64,000 nucleotides of DNA from an uncultured Streptococcus sp. (GTDB lineage Bacteria; Bacillota; Bacilli; Lactobacillales; Streptococcaceae): positions 5,439 through 69,438 of the forward strand of contig NZ_CAUUKN010000004.1 of NCBI RefSeq assembly GCF_963545685.1, read 5' to 3'. Positions within the stretch are counted from its first letter, which is position 1, and each line of letters begins with the position of its first letter. The notes beneath the pieces were generated by a model. That model did no database searches, was not told the origin of the DNA, and saw nothing but the letters and a program-made list of their open reading frames with translations. This document shows positions 57,745-64,000 of the stretch, piece by piece. Both the position numbers and the translations under genes were made by a program.

Positions 57745-58695
57745 ATGAAGAAAAATCTAAAAGTAAACCTTATTTGGTTTGGTCTTATCATTGGGCTCTT
57801 CCTTATCTTGAAAGGTCTTGAACTTTCAGGTATCATGAACCTTTACTATATCCAAATCTTAATGGGGATTGGAATCTCAATCCTTATGGGACTTGGTACT
57901 AACTTGGTTCTTGGTTTCTCAGGGCAATTTACACTTGGGCAAGCTGGTTTCATGGCAATTGGTGCCTATTCATCAGCTATCATTACTGGTATGATGCCAA
58001 CATATGACGGTTTCTACCTCTCAATGGTTGTCGGTGTCATCATCGCAGCTATTGTTGCCCTTATCTTTGGTCTACCTACCCTTCGTTTGAAAGGTGACTA
58101 CCTTGCCATTGCAACTCTTGGTATGGCTGAAATCATCCGTATCATTATTGTTAATGGTGGTGAATTGACCAATGGTGCCGCTGGTTTGACAGGTATCCTT
58201 CCTTATACTAGTTGGCCTGTAATTTATTTCTTTGTGGTAATCATTACCATTTTGGTGCTTAATTTCTTACGTTCAGCAACTGGACGTCAAGCAATCACTC
58301 TTCGTGAAGATGAAATTGCTGCTGAGTCAATGGGTGTTAATGTCACAAAAATGAAGGTTCTTATCTTTGTTATCGGTGCCATGATTTCAGCGATTGCTGG
58401 TTCACTTTATGTCAGCTATATCGGTACTGTTGTGCCAAAAGATTTCACCATCATGAAATCAATTGATTACCTTATCATTGCTGTTCTTGGTGGTCTTGGA
58501 TCAATCACAGGTACTATCATTGCTGCTGTTGTTCTTGGTATTATCAACATGTTCCTTCAAAACGTTTCAAACCTCCGTATGATTATTTACGCATTGGCTT
58601 TGATTCTTGTAATGCTCTTCCGTCCAGGTGGACTTCTAGGAACAAAAGAACTCTATCTCTCAAAATTCTTCAATAAATCTAAGGAGGGCAAATAA
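57745..58695 (+). CDS. livM: Branched-chain amino acid ABC transporter permease LivM
   Basis: 316 aa polytopic protein. GQFTLGQAGFMAIGAY motif. Confidence 0.9.
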   Translation: MKKNLKVNLIWFGLIIGLFLILKGLELSGIMNLYYIQILMGIGISILMGLGTNLVLGFSGQFTLGQAGFMAIGAYSSAIITGMMPTYDGFYLSMVVGVIIAAIVALIFGLPTLRLKGDYLAIATLGMAEIIRIIIVNGGELTNGAAGLTGILPYTSWPVIYFFVVIITILVLNFLRSATGRQAITLREDEIAAESMGVNVTKMKVLIFVIGAMISAIAGSLYVSYIGTVVPKDFTIMKSIDYLIIAVLGGLGSITGTIIAAVVLGIINMFLQNVSNLRMIIYALALILVMLFRPGGLLGTKELYLSKFFNKSKEGK

Positions 58696-58697
58696 AA

Positions 58698-59462
58698 ATG
58701 GCACTTCTTGAAGTTAAAAATTTAACTAAAAACTTCGGCGGTTTGACTGCCGTTGGTGATGTTTCAATGGAACTCAACGAGGGTGAACTGGTGGGACTTA
58801 TTGGTCCAAACGGTGCTGGTAAGACAACCTTGTTCAACTTGTTGACAGGTGTCTATGAGCCAAGTGAAGGGACTGTAACGCTTGATGGTACAGTTCTCAA
58901 CGGGAAAGCACCTTATAAGATTGCTTCTCTTGGTTTGTCACGTACCTTCCAAAATATTCGCCTTTTCAAAGACATGACAGTACTTGAAAATGTCCTTGTT
59001 GGTTTATCAAATAAGCAACCTTCAAATTTCTTTGCATCTCTTTTGCGTTTGCCTAAGTACTATTCAAGTGAGGAAGAGTTGAAAAACAAAGCTATGAAGC
59101 TCTTGGCTATCTTTAACTTGGATGGTGAGGCAGATACGCTTGCGAAAAACTTGGCTTATGGACAACAACGTCACTTGGAAATTGTTCGTGCACTTGCAAC
59201 AGAACCAAAAATTCTTTTCCTTGATGAACCAGCTGCGGGTATGAACCCACAAGAAACAGCTGAATTGACTGCTCATATTCGTCAAATTCAAAAAGACTTC
59301 GGAATTACCATCATCTTGATTGAGCACGATATGAGTTTGGTCATGGATGTTACTGAGCGTATTTATGTTTTGGAATATGGACGTTTGATTGCCGAAGGAA
59401 CACCTGATGAAATTAAGAATAACAAACGCGTTATTGAAGCTTACTTGGGAGGTGAAGCATAA
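58698..59462 (+). CDS. livG: Branched-chain amino acid ABC transporter ATP-binding protein LivG
   Basis: 254 aa. Walker A GPNGAGKTT and signature-like YGQQRHLE. Confidence 0.9.
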   Translation: MALLEVKNLTKNFGGLTAVGDVSMELNEGELVGLIGPNGAGKTTLFNLLTGVYEPSEGTVTLDGTVLNGKAPYKIASLGLSRTFQNIRLFKDMTVLENVLVGLSNKQPSNFFASLLRLPKYYSSEEELKNKAMKLLAIFNLDGEADTLAKNLAYGQQRHLEIVRALATEPKILFLDEPAAGMNPQETAELTAHIRQIQKDFGITIILIEHDMSLVMDVTERIYVLEYGRLIAEGTPDEIKNNKRVIEAYLGGEA

Positions 59463-60172
59463 TGGCTATGTTAAAAGTTGAAAATCTCTCAATTAAATAT
59501 GGATCTATCGAAGCTGTTAAAAACGTTAGCTTTGAAGTTAATGAAGGTGAAGTTGTAACTCTTATCGGAGCCAATGGAGCAGGTAAAACATCTATTCTTC
59601 GTACAATCTCAGGTCTTGTTCGTCCAGCTGAAGGAACTATTTCTTACCTTGGAAATGAAATTCACAAAACACCAGCTCGAAAGATTGTTGCAGATGGATT
59701 AGCTCAAGTGCCTGAAGGACGTCACGTCTTTGCAGGATTAACCGTAATGGAAAATCTTGAAATGGGTGCCTTCCTTCATACAAATAAAGAAGAAAATACA
59801 GCTCTATTGAAAAAAGTCTTCCAACGTTTCCCACGTCTAGAAGAACGTAAGAATCAAGACGCTGCAACACTTTCTGGTGGTGAGCAACAGATGTTGGCGA
59901 TGGGTCGTGCCCTCATGAGTCGTCCGAAACTTTTGCTTTTGGATGAGCCTTCAATGGGACTTGCTCCAATCTTTATTCAGGAAATTTTTGATATTATCGA
60001 AGATATTAAGGCACAAGGGACTACAGTTCTTTTGATTGAACAAAATGCCAATAAGGCTTTGTCAATTGCGGATCGTGGTTATGTTCTTGAAACTGGTAAA
60101 GTGGTTCTTTCAGGTACTGGTGAAGAACTTCTTGCATCAGATGAAGTTCGTAAAGCCTATCTTGGAGGATAA
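59462..60172 (+). CDS. livF: Branched-chain amino acid ABC transporter ATP-binding protein LivF
   Basis: 236 aa. Walker A GANGAGKTS and signature LSGGEQQM. 1-nt overlap with the livG stop. Confidence 0.9.
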   Translation: MAMLKVENLSIKYGSIEAVKNVSFEVNEGEVVTLIGANGAGKTSILRTISGLVRPAEGTISYLGNEIHKTPARKIVADGLAQVPEGRHVFAGLTVMENLEMGAFLHTNKEENTALLKKVFQRFPRLEERKNQDAATLSGGEQQMLAMGRALMSRPKLLLLDEPSMGLAPIFIQEIFDIIEDIKAQGTTVLLIEQNANKALSIADRGYVLETGKVVLSGTGEELLASDEVRKAYLGG

Positions 60173-60173
60173 G

Positions 60174-60197
60174 AAAAAGCGCCCAAGGGCGTTTTTC
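60174..60197 (+). terminator. Terminator after livF
   Basis: AAAAAGCGCC caag GGCGTTTTT. Confidence 0.85.
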
Positions 60198-60306
60198 TAT
60201 CGTCTCATGCTGATTGTAAAATACTAATTTTTCAGTAAGATATTGCAATCGGTTTCACTTAATGTGGTATAATACAAGTAAGAAATCATTCGGAGGAAAA
60301 TGAAAC

Positions 60307-60966
60307 ATGGCAGTAAAAGATTTTATGACGAAACGTGTAGTTTATGTCTCACCAGAAACAACAGTTGCAGCAGCTGCAGATATTATGCGTGAGAAAGGTT
60401 TGCGCCGTTTGCCAGTAATTGAACACGATAAACTTGTTGGGCTTGTTACAGAAGGAACAATGGCGGAGGCCTCACCATCAAAAGCAACAAGCTTGTCAAT
60501 TTATGAAATGAACTATCTCCTTAATAAGACAAAAGTAGGAGATATAATGATCAAGAATGTCCTTACTGTTTCCAAATATGCTAGCCTTGAGGATGCAATC
60601 TATATCATGCTTCAAAATAAGGTTGGAGTCCTTCCAGTTGTGGACAATGACCAAATTTCTGGAATTATCACAGATAAAGATGTCTTTCGTGCTTTCTTGG
60701 AAATTTCTGGTTATGGTCAAGCTGGAATTCGTATTGGGTTGGAAGTTCCAGATACTCCACGTGTTTTGGAAAAAATTGCGAACCTTATTGCTAGTGAGAA
60801 TCTCAACATCGAACGTACAATTGTTGCCCCTAAAAATGACACTGTACTTCGTGTTGAACTTCAAGTTGAAGGAGAGATTGGGATTGAACAACTCAAGAAG
60901 GTTTTTGTAGAAGCAGGATTTACAGTTACTGAAATTGCTGAAACAGAGGCAAAAGAGCTAGACTAA
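60307..60966 (+). CDS. CBS-pair plus ACT domain protein (AcuB-like)
   Basis: 219 aa. Two CBS repeats (VKDFMTKRVVYVSP..., VGDIMIKNVLTVSK...) and a C-terminal ACT-like domain. SD ggagga. Confidence 0.8.
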   Translation: MAVKDFMTKRVVYVSPETTVAAAADIMREKGLRRLPVIEHDKLVGLVTEGTMAEASPSKATSLSIYEMNYLLNKTKVGDIMIKNVLTVSKYASLEDAIYIMLQNKVGVLPVVDNDQISGIITDKDVFRAFLEISGYGQAGIRIGLEVPDTPRVLEKIANLIASENLNIERTIVAPKNDTVLRVELQVEGEIGIEQLKKVFVEAGFTVTEIAETEAKELD

Positions 60967-60999
60967 CAATAAAAGGGGGAAACAGAACGAATTCTTAAC

Positions 61000-61044
61000 A
61001 CCATATAATCTCTAAAAACAGTAAGTCTGTAGAGATTATATGGT
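61000..61044. repeat. Perfect 15-bp inverted repeat with 15-nt loop, no flanking T-run
   Basis: ACCATATAATCTCTA (61000-61014) and TAGAGATTATATGGT (61030-61044). Confidence 0.9.
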
Positions 61045-61109
61045 TAGCACCCCTAAAAACTTGCTTTCACATGCAAAATCATGAATTACAGGCTTGAAAT
61101 TATTACAAT

Positions 61110-61148
61110 AAAAAGAGGATAGAACATTATGTTCCAGCCTCTTTTTTA
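61110..61148. terminator. Bidirectional terminator next to the cysK stop
   Basis: AAAAAGAGG..GAAC atta GTTC..CCTCTTTTTT. Confidence 0.8.
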
Positions 61149-62075
61149 TTAGTCTTGAAAATCGTAAAGTGTTGTAGAGAGGTAACGTTCACCGTTATCT
61201 GGCAAGAGTGTCAAGACTTTCTTACCTTCTCCAAGCTCAGCAGCAACTTTTAGGGCGGCAGCAATAGCAGCACCTGATGAGATACCTGCTAGGAAGCCTT
61301 CTTGGCTACCCAATGTACGTGATGTTGAGATAGCCTCATCAGAAGGAATACGTACAACGCTATCATATGATTTTGTATCCAATGTGTCAGGAATGAAGCC
61401 AGTTGAGATACCTTGGATTTTATGTGGACCTGGTTTGTCACCATTCAATACAGCAGATTCGTCAGCTTCAATACCATAAACTTTGATATTTGGGTTAGCG
61501 GCCTTAAGTGTTTTAGAAACACCTGAAATAGTACCACCAGTACCAATACCAGCAACAAAGGCATCCAAACCATCTGCTCCAAAATCTTCAAGAATCTCTT
61601 GCCCAGTTGTATCAGCATGAACAGCTGGATTTGAAGGGTTGGCAAATTGAAGTGGCACCCAACCATTGCGCTCAGCAGCAACTTCTTTAGCCTTAGCAAT
61701 AGCACCTTTCATTCCTTCGCTACCAGGAGTCAAAACAAGTTCGGCTCCATAGGCTTGGATGATTTTACGACGTTCAACACTCATTGTGTCAGGCATTACG
61801 ATGACTACCTTGTATCCTTTAGCAGCGCCAACCCAAGCGAGACCGATACCTGTATTACCTGAAGTTGGTTCAACAATAGTATCACCAGGTTTAATCGTAC
61901 CAGCTTTTTCAGCGTCTTCAATCATACGAAGAGCAATACGGTCTTTAACTGAAGAACCAGGATTAAATGCTTCGAGTTTAACATAAACATCTGCTGATCC
62001 TTCTGGAACAATAGAATTAAGTTTAATAACAGGTGTTTTTCCAACAAGTTCGGTAATTGAGTTGTAAATTGTCAT
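61149..62075 (-). CDS. cysK: Cysteine synthase A (O-acetylserine sulfhydrylase)
   Basis: 308 aa. PLP-lysine region NPGSSVKDR and GTGGTISG loop. Confidence 0.9.
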   Translation of the reverse strand: MTIYNSITELVGKTPVIKLNSIVPEGSADVYVKLEAFNPGSSVKDRIALRMIEDAEKAGTIKPGDTIVEPTSGNTGIGLAWVGAAKGYKVVIVMPDTMSVERRKIIQAYGAELVLTPGSEGMKGAIAKAKEVAAERNGWVPLQFANPSNPAVHADTTGQEILEDFGADGLDAFVAGIGTGGTISGVSKTLKAANPNIKVYGIEADESAVLNGDKPGPHKIQGISTGFIPDTLDTKSYDSVVRIPSDEAISTSRTLGSQEGFLAGISSGAAIAAALKVAAELGEGKKVLTLLPDNGERYLSTTLYDFQD

Positions 62076-62111
62076 ATTTAAAATCCTCTTAATCTTTGAT
62101 TGATGCTTTTA

Positions 62112-62140
62112 AGTATACGACGGTAAACCTAACTTGTAAA
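62112..62140 (-). promoter_or_regulatory. cysK promoter TTTACA-17-TATACT
   Basis: On the minus strand, TTTACA is at 62135-62140 and TATACT at 62112-62117. Confidence 0.5.
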
Positions 62141-62151
62141 ATACATCTTCT

Positions 62152-62166
62152 TTATCACTGTGATAA
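62152..62166. promoter_or_regulatory. Perfect 15-bp palindrome TTATCACTGTGATAA (T-N11-A type) upstream of cysK -35
   Basis: 7-bp arms around a single central base. It starts 11 nt upstream of the -35 and is centred about 54 nt upstream of the implied start site. Confidence 0.45.
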
Positions 62167-62176
62167 TGTTTGACTA

Positions 62177-62803
62177 TCAGACAGGAATCTCAACAATTTT
62201 CTTACCGGATTTTTCATAATTTACTTTTCCTTGATAGAATTCAGTAAGCTCTTGACCGAGTCTTTCAATCTCAGACTCTTCAACAAACAAAGTGGTAGAA
62301 ACTTCCGATAAGAAAGTTGTATTAAATTCTTGGAGACCTTCTTTTTCAAGGAAGTTTGGGAAAACTTGGTATTGAGAGTAGGTTAATTCTACGGTTAGTC
62401 CTGTTAATTCCTTGACTTCAACTCGTCCAATTTCTTCGATTGCATGGGCAACACTACCTGAGTAAGCACGGATAAGGCCGCCAGCACCTAATTTGATTCC
62501 ACCAAAATAGCGAGTTACAACTGCTACGACATTAGTAAGTCCTTGTTTTTCTAGAACGGTAAGCATGGGCACTCCAGCGGTTCCAGAAGGTTCGCCATCA
62601 TCACTAGAACGTTTAATTTGACCCTCTTCTCCGACAATCATTGCAGAGCAAGAGTGATTGGCCTTGTGATGCTCTTTCTTAATCTGAGCGATATACTCTC
62701 TCCCTTCTTCCTCATTGTTAATACGTTTCAAGTGACAAATAAAACGAGATTTTTTGATTTCTTCTTCAACGATTCCATCGTTGGCAATTGTTTTGTAATC
62801 CAT
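62177..62803 (-). CDS. yigZ: YigZ / IMPACT (UPF0029) family protein
   Basis: 208 aa. ...KKSRFI..., DDGEPSGTAG and VVVTRYFGGIKLG motifs. Confidence 0.85.
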   Translation of the reverse strand: MDYKTIANDGIVEEEIKKSRFICHLKRINNEEEGREYIAQIKKEHHKANHSCSAMIVGEEGQIKRSSDDGEPSGTAGVPMLTVLEKQGLTNVVAVVTRYFGGIKLGAGGLIRAYSGSVAHAIEEIGRVEVKELTGLTVELTYSQYQVFPNFLEKEGLQEFNTTFLSEVSTTLFVEESEIERLGQELTEFYQGKVNYEKSGKKIVEIPV

Positions 62804-62842
62804 AAAAAAATTTTATCATAAAAAGGTGAATTCAAACATATT

Positions 62843-62850
62843 TTCGAATA
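62843..62850 (+). promoter_or_regulatory. ComX (SigX) box-like TTCGAATA preceded by a T-tract
   Basis: 7 of 8 positions match TACGAATA. It lies upstream of comFA and ends 7 nt before the ATG. Confidence 0.55.
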
Positions 62851-62857
62851 GAAAGTT

Positions 62858-64000
62858 ATGATACCTAAAGAATATTATGGACGACTATTTACGAAAGCAC
62901 AAGTACCAATGGACTATCTCTCAGAGGCTGTGAGATTAGAAAGTATGATAAAGGTTGATAAAAAACTCAGATGCAAAAGATGTTATAGTCAAATAGAGGA
63001 AGATTGGCAATTACCGAATGGTCAGTATTATTGTAGAGTGTGTATTGTCTTTGGTCGAAACCAAGAAGGAAAAGAACTCTATTACTTTCCTTCAAAAAAA
63101 TCAGAAGTTGACTTTCCTGTCTTGAAATGGTTGGGGAAACTGACTCCTTATCAAAATGAGGTCTCAGAAAAGCTTTTAAATACTTATAAAAATCAAAAAC
63201 ATAGCCTTGTTCATGCAGTGACTGGTGCTGGTAAGACAGAGATGATTTATAAGATTGTTGCCTATGTTCTTGAAAATAAAAATCGTGTCGCTATTGCAAG
63301 TCCCCGAGTTGATGTTTGTCGAGAATTGTTTCTTCGTATGCAGAGAGATTTTACTTGTAGTATTTCTCTGCTTCATGCTGATAGTGAACCATATGATGGT
63401 AGTCCGCTCGTTATAGCTACCACTCATCAATTACTTAAGTTTTATCATAGCTTTGACTTGATTATTGTTGACGAAGTTGATGCTTTTCCCTTTGTAGGGA
63501 ATGTCATGTTAAATCATGCTGTTAAACAGGCAAAGACGGAAACAGGTCGGTATATTTATCTAACAGCAACTTCTACATTAGCTTTAGAAGAGCAAGTGCG
63601 CCTTGGATCTTTAGAAAAGCATCACCTTGCTAGACGATTTCACGGAAATCCTTTAGTCCTTCCTCGTTTCTTTTGGCAAGGAAGGTTACAAAAGTCGTTA
63701 ACGAAAGGTAAGCTCCCTAGCCCTTTAATTCACCAGATTAAGAAGCAGCGTAAATCAAATTTTCCTCTATTAATCTTTTTCCCTAATATAGCAATAGGTG
63801 AAAAGTTTACTGTTATCCTAAAAAAATATCTTCCTACTGAAAACATAGCCTTTGTTTCATCTAAATGTGAGATGCGTTCAACTATCGTAGAGAAATTCCG
63901 AGAAAAAGAACTGTCCATCTTAGTGACAACAACTATTCTCGAACGTGGTGTCACCTTCCCCAAAGTAGATGTATTTGTTTGTATGGCGAATCATCACTTA
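62858..64000 (+). CDS. comFA: Competence protein ComFA (DEAD-box-related DNA uptake ATPase), 3' end cut by window edge
   Basis: Not in the supplied track because the frame stays open to nt 64000. My translation: MIPKEYYGRLFT..., zinc-finger CKRC...CRVC, Walker A TGAGKTE, Walker B IIVDEVD, TAT. ComX-box upstream. Confidence 0.85.
   Translation, partial: MIPKEYYGRLFTKAQVPMDYLSEAVRLESMIKVDKKLRCKRCYSQIEEDWQLPNGQYYCRVCIVFGRNQEGKELYYFPSKKSEVDFPVLKWLGKLTPYQNEVSEKLLNTYKNQKHSLVHAVTGAGKTEMIYKIVAYVLENKNRVAIASPRVDVCRELFLRMQRDFTCSISLLHADSEPYDGSPLVIATTHQLLKFYHSFDLIIVDEVDAFPFVGNVMLNHAVKQAKTETGRYIYLTATSTLALEEQVRLGSLEKHHLARRFHGNPLVLPRFFWQGRLQKSLTKGKLPSPLIHQIKKQRKSNFPLLIFFPNIAIGEKFTVILKKYLPTENIAFVSSKCEMRSTIVEKFREKELSILVTTTILERGVTFPKVDVFVCMANHHL

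Noticed and set aside
1-64000. Search for tRNA/rRNA genes, CRISPR repeats, IS or transposase genes, integrases, toxin-antitoxin pairs, restriction-modification systems or other defence genes
   Set aside because: I found no cloverleaf-like or rRNA-like segments and no regularly spaced direct repeats. No ORF shows transposase, integrase, nuclease or methylase hallmarks. Every sizeable ORF is accounted for by housekeeping or metabolic families, apart from the single hypothetical gene at 17948-18577.

Overview
This is a low-GC Gram-positive chromosomal segment. The gene content and order point to a Streptococcus of the salivarius group: covRS, nrdR-dnaB-dnaI-der, rimP-nusA-ylxR-ylxQ-infB-rbfA, manLMNO, and a 968-aa cell-bound GH68 fructosyltransferase with a YSIRK leader and no LPXTG. 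I call 59 protein-coding genes (two cut by the window edges), one T-box leader (serS), a set of promoter and operator sites, and about two dozen intrinsic terminators. I see no rRNA, tRNA, CRISPR array, IS element, prophage or recognisable defence island. The window reads as core housekeeping and metabolic DNA, so I do not claim a spectacular new system. All findings come from reading the sequence by eye and no database search was possible. The observations most worth follow-up are these. (1) Three MET-box (MetR/MtaR-type) palindromes occur, including a perfect one in front of an uncharacterised cyclase/formamidase-family gene and a degenerate one in front of a DUF62 SAM-hydrolase plus dedicated ECF-transporter operon. 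(2) There are two complete, tandem, anciently diverged mannose-PTS operons, each with its own DUF956 gene and the same promoter architecture. (3) An LCP-family protein has a 9-unit 12-bp tandem repeat tail, followed by an in-frame stop and 24 further codons of the same composition. (4) Three genes (tsaE, ylbF-like, comFA) have start codons 7-8 nt downstream of a -10 or ComX-box element, so they are candidate leaderless mRNAs. (5) A hairpin-dense 255-bp insert is flanked by a duplicated terminator. (6) Perfect inverted repeats sit near cysK and after the acuB-like gene.
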